A stretch of DNA of 64,000 nucleotides, taken from positions 2,914,001 through 2,978,000 of the forward strand of contig NC_042999.1 in assembly GCF_006345805.1 (NCBI RefSeq). Direction: 5' to 3'. Origin of the DNA: Octopus sinensis. Its lineage: Eukaryota. This document shows positions 13,080 to 24,843 of this stretch, one piece after another. The stretch's first letter is position 1. The number at the start of each line of letters is the position of its first letter. Under the pieces are notes generated by a model. It was not told the origin of the DNA. It saw only the letters and a list, made by a program, of their open reading frames with translations, and ran no database searches. The position numbers and the translations under genes are program-made.

Positions 13080-13911
13080 GCCACTCCTCAACTCTAGCTT
13101 ACTAGATGATTCACTAAATGCCAGTATCTTTTCACCGCTCTCACAGCAACCACCACAATTATCATCATCATCATCACCACCGCTGCCACCATCGTCTTCT
13201 ATCACCAAAAATACCAACAGAAAACCAAATAAGAAACCACTGCCCTCTTCCCCCACATCACCACCTCAATACTACTGCAGTAACAAAAACTTAAAGAAAC
13301 ATAGGAAGCAGAATGCGCCCCCCACGGCACAAACAAGAAATCCCCAAATATGCCGCTATTCACTGCGCCAGAGACTCTGCACAAATAGTGACTGCATCTT
13401 CACGCATCTACCCGGCACTAGACGCACTACCGGCCAAGGCCAAAGCACGCATCCCACAATAACATCAACACCACCAAATAGTAAATCGAAATTCAAAACA
13501 CACACAACTCGGAGTCCCAAAATCTGCCGGTATTCCCAACATGAGAGAACATGTCTACTGAGTGACTGTCCCTTCATTCATCTTCCAGGGACCCAACGCA
13601 CAAACAGAAACGGGGCTTCAAGCCAACACACAAACCTGAATAACAATAAAAATAGAAACACACCATGCTGCAGTAATGCTGGTCCAGTCTTTTCAGGAAG
13701 ACACAAAAACAACAACAACAAAAGTGGAAACTACAACCCTATCCAACAGTGCAACCACACCTCCAGCCAAAAACTGCTCCCTAAGCAGGAAAATTCTTTT
13801 TTAGCCATGTTGAACATGGCAAAAGAGATACACAAAAACATTCTAGCCATCACTCAACACCATCCTATGCTATTACCCCAGTGCACCAATTCCCCACATT
13901 GCTGCCACTAA
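12679..13911 (+). CDS. LINE ORF1, 410 aa: Myb/SANT-like N-terminus, polyQ, two C-x8-C-x4-C-x3-H fingers
   Basis: Uninterrupted ORF directly upstream of ORF2; CRYSLRQRLCTNSDCIFTH and CRYSQHERTCLLSDCPFIH. Confidence 0.8.
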
Positions 13912-16911
13912 CACACACAAAATCCAAGCCCCCTGCAACAGTCAAAACCAGCCACTACACTAACCTCCACATTCCTACTCAATGCACAAGGTGTCAGCCC
14001 TTCCATCAATGCACAAAAATGGAAGGTCCAATTCATTGAAGACTGGGTTGGTAACCATTCACACCACATCCCTTTCTTCATTCTCACTGAGACCCACCTT
14101 GACAACTCCCACTTGGAAGCCGAAGTGAGAGTGAAGAATTTCACAACCATCCGCGCGGATCGTATCGGCAGGAGGAAGGGTGGAACTGCCATTTTCCTGC
14201 ATGATTCATTTACGGCAGATGGAAATAGTATATTCTCCAACAGCTACTGTGAATCAGTCACCGTGCACAACAAAGCCAATGACCTGACAGTAATTGGGCT
14301 CTATAGGCCGCCCCAAACACCTATACTGTGCTTTAAAGAATGCCTCAACAGCATTAAGTGCTTTATTCAACAGTGCCATTCTAGCAACATACTCATGATG
14401 GGAGACTTCAATCTACCCTGTGTTGACTGGACTACAAACTGTTTGAAACCAAGCACTCCCGCCTCAACCGCTGACAAAGAAGCAGCAGAGTCACTTTTCG
14501 ACTTTACGAATGAGTTTTTCTTGTCCCAACTTGTCCTTGCACCAACAAGACATCAGAACATTTTGGACCTAGTGTTTAGTAACCACACTAACACTATACA
14601 TAACGTTACAGTGGAAAAACCCTTCTTTCAGACCATGACATGGTTCTCTGTAACATGAAATTCCACCAGCCGAAAGCTAATCCTAGTGACCTTCCTCCAG
14701 CCCACCCATTTGACAACATGGATCTCCATAATGCCAACTGGGATGCAATCAGGAACGAGCTATCACATGTTGACTGGTCCTTTACACATACACACATCTC
14801 CACCAACCATAAAACATCTTGGCAGATCTTTGTAGACACCGTCACAGACATATGTGCAAAACACTCCCCACCAAGACCTGTGAACAAAAAGTGCAGAATC
14901 CCCCAAAACAGAAAAACCATTATCAGAAAAATAAAAAGAACAAACAAAAAAATTAACAAACTAAAGTACTGCCAACAGCAACACACACATTCGACGGCTA
15001 TCGCACTGCTTGAATCCAAAAATATAACCTCCAACAATCCATGAAGACCCTCATCAATAACCAAAGATCAGCTGAGGAGAAGTGGGCCATTGAAAAAATC
15101 AAACTCAACCCCAAAGTGTTCTTTTCATTTGCGAGGAAACGCAGGGTCACTGTCTCCACTGTAGGCCCTCTAATTGACGAAACTGGCACTCTCCAAGATA
15201 ATGCCAAATCCATGGCTGAGATACTGCAGAAACAATACTGCTCTGTTTTCAGCAATCCTGATATGGCCGATCTGGGCTGTATCAGTGATGTCAACCCCCA
15301 ACACACTATATCGGACATAACGTTTAGTGCCCCTGATGTCTTAGCGGCGATAAACGAAATAAAACACAATTCAGCAGTAGGCCCCGATAGGTTCCCTGCT
15401 TGTGTCCTGAAGGTGTGTCGACACCAACTTGCATCTCCCCTTGCTAATCTGTGGAGAAACTCACTGGATGCTGGCTATATTCCAAAAAACCTTCTGTCCC
15501 AGTCTGTTGTCCCAGTTTTCAAAAAGGGAAACAAGTCCCTTGCAGTGAACTACCGTCCGATCTCACTCACCTCTCATATCATCAAGGTATTTGAGAGGGT
15601 GCTGAGATCTCGAATAACCCAATTTCTGGAAAGCAACAGACGGCTGATCTCCAACCAACATGGGTTCCGTAATGGAAGGGACTGCCTAACGCAGCTCCTG
15701 CATCACTTTGAGGACATTTTGAGAGCTTTGGGAGGGGGCTCCAACACCGATGTCATCTACCTTGATTTCAGTAAGGCCTTCGACAGGGTCGATCACAAGA
15801 TCCTATTGAAAAAACTATCCAACATTGGTGTCTCTGGAAAGTTACTGAAATGGATCAAGTGTTTCCTGACAGACAGATCTCAACATGTTGTAGTTGAAGG
15901 GGTAAAATCAAGCCCAGCCAAAGTCAGTAGTGGCGTTCCGCAAGGCACTGTGCTGGGCCCACTTCTTTTCATCATTTACATTAATGACATTAATGACATC
16001 ATCAAGCACAGCAACATAAAAATCTTTGCAGATGACTCCAAGCTACAGAAGGTCATAAATGAGGCGAGTGACCGGACATGCCTTCAGTCAGATCTACTGG
16101 CTGTTATCCAATGGGCAGAAAAAAACAATATGCTGCTGAACGAGGATAAATTTGAGCTAATCCACTTTGGAAAAGAGGATGCCCTGAAACTCCCATACTC
16201 CCTTCCTTCAGGTGAAACTCTCGCGGCGTCCAACAACATCAGAGACTTGGGAGTAATTGTGGACAACAACATAAGCTGGGCCACTCATATAAACACCAAA
16301 GTTGACATGGCCCGCAGAATGTGTTCCTGGATTCTCAGAACTTTCCAGTCGAGAGATATCCACACCATTATCCTTCTCTTCTCCACTTTTGCCCGACCCC
16401 ACCTTGAATACTGTTGTCCACTGTGGTCTCCCCACACAATACAAGGTATCATAAGAGTTGAAGCACCTCAAAGGGCAATCACAAAAAAGATAGATGGCAT
16501 GACAGGCCTCGACTATTGGGGTCGACTAGAAAAGCTAAAACTCTATTCTCTCCAACGTCGTCGTGAGCGCTACATCATCTGCATGATGTGGAAAATATTC
16601 CATCAGCATTGCCCAAATGATGTTGGCATCACCTTTAAGGTACATCCAAGGCGTGGGCCCCGTGCCATCCGCCCAAAACAAAATCGCACTCTCATCTCAT
16701 AACAACAATATGGCACAATTATTTCACCTCAATTGGCCCCGCTCTCTTTAACATTACACCAAAACACATTAAAACAGAAACTGACCCTATAGGGTTCAAG
16801 AAGTCTTTGGACAGATTCCTTCAAGAAATCCCGGATAAACCCCCTACACCCGGATATGTCTCTATAAACAATAACTCTCTACTTGAGTGGGCCATAGTGC
16901 CCAAATTCTGA
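13912..16911 (+). pseudogene. LINE ORF2 (AP endonuclease + reverse transcriptase) with three 1-nt frameshifts
   Basis: Frames 1-3-2-1 with shifts near 14617, 15020 and 16680; ends ...FLQEIPDKPPTPGY...EWAIVPKF* at 16911. Confidence 0.9.
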
Positions 16912-17001
16912 CTTGAAAGACTTCACCAGGTGGTGCTATTAAGTTAGACATGGCCTGGGCCAATAATGGCCGAAACCTATCAAAGTATCAAAGTATCAAA
17001 G

Positions 17002-17037
17002 TATATATATATACATATACATACATATATTTGTATA

Positions 17038-17108
<71 letters not shown>

Positions 17109-17420
17109 TATGCATATATACATGTATATATGTGTGTGTGTGTCTGTGTGTGCAAATGTATGCATATACATAAACATATACACACAGAAAAGTACATGTA
17201 TAGATATGCTTATATATATATATATATATATATACAGATGTACATTATATATGTGTGTATATGTATATGAAATATATATTATGGACATACATATATATAT
17301 TCATATATGTATGTGTTTGTGTGTGTGTGTATATATATATATATATTCATATATATACATATGTTCAAATATATGTGTATGTGTGTACACATTCATATAT
17401 AACTATATATAGACATAAGC
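17002..17420. repeat. (TA)n/(TG)n compound microsatellite
   Basis: Direct inspection. Confidence 0.95.
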
Positions 17421-17535
17421 ACTTAGAGGACATTTATATGTAGATGCACACGAACACATAATAATAATAACAAAAACAACCACAGCAATGACAACAATAA
17501 TAATCAAAATAATTACAATGATAATAATGATGGTG

Positions 17536-17570
<35 letters not shown>

Positions 17571-17571
<1 letters not shown>

Positions 17572-17889
17572 TGCCGTGGCATGTAAAAGGGCACCATTCG
17601 AGCCTGATCGTTACCAATGTCGCCTTACTAGCACCTGTGCCGGTGGCATGTGTAAAAAGATTCGAGCAAGGTCATTGCCAGTACTGCCTCACCGGCCCCC
17701 CGGTGGCACGTAAAAAGCACCTATTACACTCTCGGAGTGGTTGGTGTTAGGAAGGGCATCCAGCTGTAGAAACTTTGCCAGATCAAGATTGGAGCCTGGT
17801 GCAGCCATCTGGTTCGCCAGCCCTCAGTCAAAATAATCCAACCCATGCCAGCATGGAAAGCGGATATAAAACGATGATGATGATGATGA
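17571..17889 (+). mobile_element. Repeat family A copy
   Basis: Core GGAAGGGCATCCAGCTGTAGAAAC and (GAT)n tail. Confidence 0.85.
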
Positions 17890-17939
17890 CACTTACTCTG
17901 AATGTGTAATTGTAATTACAAATATATAGACTGATGTAA

Positions 17940-18318
17940 TATCATCATCATCAAGCGTCCGCTTTCCATGCTAGCCTGGGTTGGACGGTTCAACTGGGGT
18001 CTGGGAAGCCAGAAGGCTGCATCAGGCCCAGTCCGATCTGGCAGTGTTTCTACGGCTGAATGCCCTTCCTAACGCCAACCACTCCGCGAGTGTAGTGGGT
18101 GCTTTTTATGTGCCATCCGCACAGGTACCAGACGGAGCTGGCAAACAGCCACGAACAGATGGTGCTTTTTACGTGCCACCGGCATGGGGGCCAGGCAAGG
18201 CTGGCAATGGCCACGAACGGATGGTGCTTTTTACGTGCCACCGGCACGGAGGCCAGGCGAGGCTGGCAATGGCCACAAACGGATGGTGCTTTTTACGCGC
18301 CACCGACACAAGGCCAGT
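17940..18318 (-). mobile_element. Repeat family A copy with about four 62-bp units
   Basis: GGTGCTTTTTA(C/T)GTGCCA recurs at about 62-bp spacing. Confidence 0.85.
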
Positions 18319-18429
18319 AATATATATATTTAGAATTACATCTTATTTCTACAGTTTACTTGTACAAAAATGTAAAATTTCCATTGTTAAATCTTTACTT
18401 TTTAAGTAATCTTTGTTTCTTACATTGTT

Positions 18430-18444
18430 TTTGTTTTATTTCAG
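18430..18444 (+). other. Probable 3' splice acceptor of the zinc-finger exon
   Basis: T-rich tract TTTGTTTTATTTCAG ending at 18444, upstream of the ZNF ORF. Confidence 0.55.
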
Positions 18445-18676
18445 AGCATCAGACAACATTGATGTGAAACAAATTTTGGCTTCAGGTGCATCATCAATAT
18501 TTGAGAACTGAGATTAATGGCAAAAATGTCCAACGCTCTTCAAAAGTATTTCCATCAACATGGGAAAGCATAAAAACTAAATATAAGAAAAGTAGTCATA
18601 TATTGTGGTGAGAATAGAAAAATGATGGAAAAGGATTTATGTCAGAAATATAAAGGATTGACTTTTCCTTAAAGAG

Positions 18677-19537
18677 ATGCCAAAAGAAATAAAATCATCA
18701 TTTCACTGTGATATCTGTGAAAAGTCATTTTCTCAAAAAGGTCACCTGACTACTCACAAACATATTCACACAGGTGAGAAGCCATATCATTGTGATATAT
18801 GTGGTAATTCGTTCTCTCAAATAAATACCTTGACTAAACATAGACATATTCATACAGGTGAGAAACCATATTGCTGTGATGTTTGTGGTAAATCATTCTC
18901 CCAAATAAATAACTTAACTAGACACAAGCATACTCATACAGGTGAGAAACCATATCACTGTGAATTGTGTGGTAAATCATTCTCTCAAAATGATCACTTA
19001 ACTAAGCACAAACGTATTCATACAGGGAAGAAACCATATCACTGTGGTATCTGTGGTAAATCCTTCTCTCGAAATGATGAGGTAACTATTCACAAACGTA
19101 TCCATACAGGTGAGAAGCCATATCGTTGTGATATCTGTGGTGATTCATTCTCTGTTACAAGTCATTTAACTACTCACAAACGTATTCATACAGGAGAGAG
19201 ACCATATCACTGTGATACCTGTGGTAAGTCATTCTCTGGAAGTAGAAACTTAAATACTCACAAACGTATTCATACAGGGGAGAAACCATATCACTGTGAT
19301 ATCTGTGGTAAATCATTCTGTCAGAATGGTAACTTAACTATTCACAAACGCATTCATACTGGAGAGAAACCATATCACTGTGACGTCTGTGGTAAATCAT
19401 TCTGCCAAAATGGTGAATTAACGAAACATAAATACATTCATACAGGTGAGAAACCATATCACTGTGATATCTGTGGTAAATCATTCTCTCAAAAAAGTCA
19501 CTTAACAACACATGTAGCTATTCATGCAGAAGAATAA
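18677..19537 (+). CDS. Tandem C2H2 zinc-finger protein, 10 fingers, no effector domain in this exon
   Basis: Ten C-x2-C-x12-H-x3-H repeats with TGEKP-type linkers; AATAAA at 19655-19660. Confidence 0.92.
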   Translation: MPKEIKSSFHCDICEKSFSQKGHLTTHKHIHTGEKPYHCDICGNSFSQINTLTKHRHIHTGEKPYCCDVCGKSFSQINNLTRHKHTHTGEKPYHCELCGKSFSQNDHLTKHKRIHTGKKPYHCGICGKSFSRNDEVTIHKRIHTGEKPYRCDICGDSFSVTSHLTTHKRIHTGERPYHCDTCGKSFSGSRNLNTHKRIHTGEKPYHCDICGKSFCQNGNLTIHKRIHTGEKPYHCDVCGKSFCQNGELTKHKYIHTGEKPYHCDICGKSFSQKSHLTTHVAIHAEE

Positions 19538-19860
19538 GTCAAAATTACTAGATACACCAACAAAAAGAAATGGAAAAAATTTGTCCAACAAACATTAAAT
19601 GATATGCCATTGCAATCTGTATTTAACACAACCACCAAGATTTATTATATAAAAAATAAATAGCTTATCTAACTCCTAATGTATTCACTAGGGAAGAATA
19701 TATAAACTGTGATAACAGCTTCCTTACTCTAACCAGATCTACATTGATATTGGTGACATAACTTATCATGCTGTACTTTAAAAAAAAAATCATTCTTTTA
19801 GAATATTCAGATATATTCCAATTCAGTGGTTCTCACAACTTTTTTCCCCTTTTAACTATA

Positions 19861-20270
19861 CTAGCAGTATCGCCCGGCATTGCTCGGGTTTGTTTCAACC
19901 CTTTAGAATTGGAATTTTTGAAAAGTAAAAATGTTGCATTATGTAGCTTGTTATTCTCTTTAAGTGAACATTTTTCTGGTTGAAATACACCGAAAAATGG
20001 TGACACGGCCGTCAAAGAATCGTAAAAAATAGGGATTTTCATAGAAAAAAAAGCACCATTTTGATGTAAATAACTTTTGGTGTTAACATGGTCTGATTTG
20101 AATTTTTTCTTCTGTGGAAGGAAGAGCAAGCCTTCTATCATACTCTCAATTTTGGTCAACTTGCGCTCAGGGTCTCGGAGGAGATAGTGTTAGTTGAAGG
20201 CTACCAAACCTGCCATACACAGACAACTTCAGCTTTATATATATATATATATATTATATATATATATATA
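19861..20270 (-). mobile_element. Non-autonomous Helitron-like element
   Basis: Minus-strand 3' end: hairpin CCCGAGCAATGCCGGG then CGATACTG-CTAG|T; 5' end TATATAAAGCTGAAGTTGTCTG. Confidence 0.75.
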
Positions 20271-20272
20271 TA

Positions 20273-20577
20273 GCCGTTCGCCAGCCTCGTCTGGCACCTG
20301 TGTCAGTGGCACATAAGAAAAACACCGAAAACACCATATCCGAGCATGGCCGTCTGCCAGCCTCGTCTGGCACCTGTGTCGGTGGCACATAAAATCACCC
20401 ACTACACTCTCGGAGTGGTTGGCGTTAGGAAGGGCATCCAGCTGTAGAAACACTGCCAGATATGACTGGCCTGGTGTAGCCTTCGGGCTTGCCAGACCCC
20501 AGTTGAACCGTCCAACCCATGCTAGCATGGAAAGCGGACGTTAAACGATGATGATGATGATGATGATGATGATGATA
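20273..20577 (+). mobile_element. Repeat family A copy
   Basis: Core and long (GAT)n tail. Confidence 0.85.
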
Positions 20578-20598
20578 TATATATATATATATATATAT

Positions 20599-20906
20599 CA
20601 CGTGATTACGTGACCGACCAGACCATCAGATGTTGTTACACATTGCTGGTCACAATGCGTTCGCATTGTTTTAGCCTTCGAATGACGCCACCCTGCTGGC
20701 TAAGCGAGCAGGCCAACAGAAGAAAGAGTGGGAGAAAGAGTGGTGAAAGAGTACAGCAGGGATCACCACCACCCCCTGCCGGAGCCTCGTGGAGCTTTTA
20801 GGTGTTTTCGCTCAATAAACACTCACAACGCCCGGTCTGGGAATCGAAACCGTGATCCTGCGACCGCGAGTCCGCTGCCCTAACCACTAGGCCTTTGCGC
20901 CTCCAC
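20599..20906 (-). mobile_element. tRNA-derived SINE family D, tail type 1
   Basis: Homologous to 6335-6636. Confidence 0.85.
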
Positions 20907-21054
20907 ACATATATATATATATGTATAATTCAGAATGTCAGTCTTTTCTTTTTTACATCGTGTGAATCAAAAGGTGAATTAAAATAACACATGTAATATT
21001 AAAAATCTTATTTTTACTAAATGAATACATATACACTTACTGTATTAGTACATA

Positions 21055-22154
21055 TTGGGTCATCTCATAAGTAATGCAGTTTCTTAAATATTTCTTTTAT
21101 TCTTCAAAATTAAGATAAAGTTCTTTTTTAATCTAAAATATATTCTCCTTCATTTTCTATAATGATCTTCCATCTATCTTGTAGACTTGCAACACTCCTC
21201 TTGTGGAATAAATGATAATTAAGATGGAGCAATGTCTGGCAAAAATGGAAGATGGAGTATCATTTCCCATTCAAACTGCTCCAGCCTTTGGAATGTCATC
21301 CTCGCTTTATGTGGCTGAGCATTATCCAGATTGAAGAACACCTTTCATCTTGAGGCCAAAGATGGTCATTTTCCAATGGCACGCAAGTGTCAATGAATGG
21401 TGGTATGACCAAATCCAAGCTTCTCTACTAGTTCCTCAGCAGTTACAAGGGATTTTGCTCCACCAGAGTTTGCAGAACATCCTAGTCAAGCTCTACAGAT
21501 CTTCCATGATGAGGCTCATTTTCTAGGCTGTAATTTCTGGCTCAGGTAGTTTATTTCATCCCCCTCTGACTTCATCATCATCATCATCATTTAGCATCCG
21601 CTTTCCATGCTAGCATGGGTTGGACGGTTCAACTGGGGTCTGTGAAGCCAGAAGGCTGCATCAGGCCCAGTCTGATCTGGCAGTGTTTCTACGGCTGGAT
21701 GCCCTTCCTAACGCCAACCACTCCGTGAGTGTAGTCGGTGCTTTTTACGTACCACCCGCACAGGTGCCAGGCGAGGCTGGCAATGGCCACGATTGGATGG
21801 TGCTTTTTACGTGCCACTGGCACAGGGGCCAGGTGAGGCTGGCAACGGCCACGATCGGATGGTGCTTTTTACGTGCCACCGGCACAGGGGCCAGGTGAGG
21901 CTGGCAACGGCCACGATAGGATGGTGCTTTTTACGTGCCACCGGCACGGGGGCCAGGCGAGGCTGGCAAACGGCCACGGATGGATGGTGCTTTTTACGTG
22001 CCACCGGAACAGGGGCCAGACGGAGCTGGCAATGGCCACGATCGGATGGTGCTTTTTACGTGCCACCAGCACAGGGGCCAGGCGAGGCTGGCAACGGCCG
22101 CGAACGGATGGTGCTTTTTACGTGAAAAACCGCATTATTTATGGGATGACCCAA
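21055..22154 (-). mobile_element. Internally deleted mariner with both TIRs and TA target duplication, interrupted by a family A copy
   Basis: TA-TTGGGTCATCTCATAAGTAATGCAGTTT at 21053 and its inverse (..CCGCATTATTTATGGGATGACCCAA-TA) at 22156; minus-strand remnants SLENEPHHGRSVELD, EELVEKLGFGHTTIH, DNAQPH, PDIAPS. Confidence 0.85.
21573..22123 (-). mobile_element. Repeat family A copy with a 62-bp minisatellite (about 7 units)
   Basis: GGTGCTTTTTACGT at 21737, 21799, 21861, 21923, 21986, 22048, 22110. Confidence 0.9.
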
Positions 22155-22379
22155 TATTTATTTTTCTTAGATTATTTTTATAATGGAGTTTCAAAAATGC
22201 AAATGCAGTAGAAAATGTGGATTGGTTTTAAAACTTGAATAAAGGAGCACCTTTTTTATATTCACAGCTAATTATGTTACTGAAACGTACATGTTTCAAT
22301 AAACAAACAAAAAAAAATCACTAGAAAGTAAAGTTATCATGATCTATTTTATTCTTTTGAAGATTACTTCTATGTCACT

Positions 22380-23760
22380 TCTCAAATGTATGAAGGAGTG
22401 TTTCAAGGGACATAATGCAAGTCATTCTCAACTTTAAATCTACTGCAGCGGAGTTCAAAAGCCACATTCACAAAAGTATGTTGACACAAATGGAAGCAAT
22501 GCGTGTCTGACTCTTTTGCCAGTTTCAGTTATTTTCCATTAAAATTTTGTGATAGCTTTCTCACGAAAAACCATGTTTGCTCTTGAATTGTTCTTCAGCT
22601 GAGAAAGTCATCCTAACAATAATCCAGGGACATTTTCAATGCCCTAGCGCTTACCAACATCTGCTCATTACTGATTTCAAGGTAATATTGGTTGAATTCA
22701 TTTCGTGGTGCTATCAAATGCTACAAAATTTTGTGTTTTGGAAATTCTAGAAGCACTTGCTTTTCACCACCAGCAACAAAAATTACTGGTAGTTTCTCAA
22801 ACATTAAACTTTTTGGTATGCACATTTTTCTCCTAATTTTCTAGTTCATGAAAGCTTTCTAGAAATCGATGAATTTTATGATGTATATTCTTTCTTTGCA
22901 TTTGAAGATTCAGCTCATTTAGCTGCTCAAAAACTGATCAAATATGAGTTGTATGATCTATTTCTCATGATTCAACAGGGTACAAAATTTCATCTTGAAC
23001 TTCCAAAAATAATTTGAACTTATCTCAAAGACCAAACACTCATTCAGTTTTTTATTTTTAAAGTCTTTGAACTCCATGTCAATACATAGCTGCTTCAAAA
23101 GGTAAAAGTTCCACCTTTAACAAAAATTCAAAACCTCTTGAGCTGGGTATGTTTTATGGGTCATATAACAAATACTTTCAGTTTTGGAGCTTATTTCTCT
23201 TTAGAAACTTGAAATCCAGATTTTGATCTCAGTATAGCTGGTACAGCATCTGTAGACATCTCACAAGAGTTTTTATGATTCCGTGAAAGATGAAACATTT
23301 TCCAGTGTATCTGAAGCTTAGATTGTTTGAGAGGGAAACAAAAGAGAAACTCCCCCTTAAATTAAGCAGAGCAAACATAACTTTAAAATCCCAGGAGCTA
23401 TACACATAAGTTGACTCATCAAGCTGAATTAAGTTAAATGTTGCTGACTTTATCTCATGCACTTACTCATTGATATCAATATTGCTAATCCTTCTTTGAA
23501 CACTGCTATTTGATAGTGAAACTGCTACAAATTGTTTTCTCTAATCCATTTCCCAGCCTACCTTGATATAAAATTGTAGAGTTATTTAAATCCATTTTGG
23601 CTTTGATTATCTACAATTAAATTTTATCTTGCCACATTTTAACTTACAAAATCTTTTTCATATTTTTCCTGTTTTTCATTGCTAACTTGAGTTGGATTTA
23701 GATTGATGTGTAGAAGATGTGTAAGTAGAAATTCTGTATGATGTACTGAATATAGACTCT
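22380..23760 (-). mobile_element. Decayed hAT (Charlie/Buster, ZBED5/FAM200-like) transposase
   Basis: Minus-strand motifs LSNSSVQRRI (23516-23487), IQLDEST (23429-23409), LLPFVSTYFCECGF (22499-22458), VENDL; many stops. Confidence 0.8.
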
Positions 23761-23844
23761 GGATTTCCGAGTGGAATTTGAGTTAGGCTGATGGAGAAGA
23801 TAGAATTCATATGCAGTAATTGCAGTAAACTTTAATATCATTTG

Positions 23845-24360
23845 TTTAATGGATTCTCTGTGTGCCTCTCTCGAAGTACTTGATAGCTTCTATTACCTAA
23901 ATGACTTAATTAGCAGTAAATGTAAGTGTACCAAAAACGTAGGAGCCAGAGTAAAGAGTTGTAAGTTCAGGGCGTTATTAACCTTTATTGGCAACAGAGG
24001 ATTTGTCTTTCAGAGTAAAGGACAAACTATGCTGCATTGTTTTATTGTAGCAGAACATGGACATTAAATTTAGCAGGTTTGTGAACACTGGAAAGAAATG
24101 ACAGGAATATGCTCCACTGACTTTGTAATGTAACAAATGAGCTGAGAGAATAATTGGGGCCTAAGGGGAATCTGATATATTGATCAAATAAGATTACATA
24201 GGAATGGACATACAGTGTGTACAGATGACAACAACTGCATAAAAATGTCAAGCACTCAAAGGGGATAGTATCTGTAAAGGTGGGAGACCTAGAAAAACAG
24301 GACAAAGTGATGAAAGAGATGACAAAGATCCACAACATGCAATACTTGAGAAAATTCACA
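23845..24360 (+). mobile_element. Degraded RTE-clade LINE fragment
   Basis: LEVLDSFYYLNDLISS...ARV..KFRALL and GRPRKT-like C-terminal motifs. Confidence 0.6.
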
Positions 24361-24479
24361 TTCTCTTGTAAGGGTGAAGAGAATGCTAAAACATGGTGAT
24401 GGAGGCTGGCGTACCTTTACCCTACCTATCCTCTGTTCTCACCTGTACGAGTTGTACTCACTTTGAAAGCTCCAGAATA

Positions 24480-24843
24480 GGAGTTGCATCTTGTGTAAAA
24501 CTTGTGAACAGTGGAGTCCTTACCAGGTTCATTATTTCTCTTGGAAGAAGTGTTTCTATATGCAAATATATGGGAAACTACCACCTGTGTCATCTCTTGT
24601 GAAAGGTAGGAGAGTCCAGTTTGCTGGACATTGTTGTAGAGCTGAAAAAGAGGTAATTTCTACTCTTCTCCTCTGGAAGCCATCTACTCGCAATACCAGA
24701 GGGCACACACTCTCCTCCCCTGATGTAATCTCCAGGGATACAGGCATCCAGCAACAGGACCTCCGTAATGCCATGATGGACCGTGAGGTCTGGCGTAGCA
24801 TGGTAAATTCCATTGTCTCGACCACGGTCGAACAATGATGATG
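24480..24843 (+). mobile_element. RTE/RTEX-like LINE 3' fragment
   Basis: IYGKLPPVS...RRVQFAGHC...LLLWKP...DTG...AMMDREVWR, followed by a TGATGATG tail. Confidence 0.75.

Larger units (their letters stand above)
12364..17001 (+). mobile_element. Near full-length CR1-clade LINE (5' UTR, ORF1, ORF2 APE+RT, 3' UTR, (TATCAAAG)3 tail)
   Basis: APE motifs LTETHL, MGDFN, PTRHQNILDL; RT motifs QHGFR, YLDFSKAFD, GVPQG, FADD; 8-bp tandem tail 16978-17001; flanked by (TA)n on both sides. Confidence 0.95.

Noticed and set aside
16950-16980. GGCC-AATAAT-GGCC-GAAAC in the CR1 3' UTR resembling hammerhead stem II
   Set aside because: No CUGANGA-like core and no stem I; more likely the usual LINE 3' recognition stem-loop.
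4039-17443. Many YI/CV/HT-rich ORFs of 60-212 aa
   Set aside because: Translations of (TA)n, (TG)n and (CA)n microsatellites.
21737-22123. Regularly spaced repeats suggestive of a CRISPR array
   Set aside because: Eukaryotic context, whole units repeat with no unique spacers, no cas genes; it is a minisatellite.
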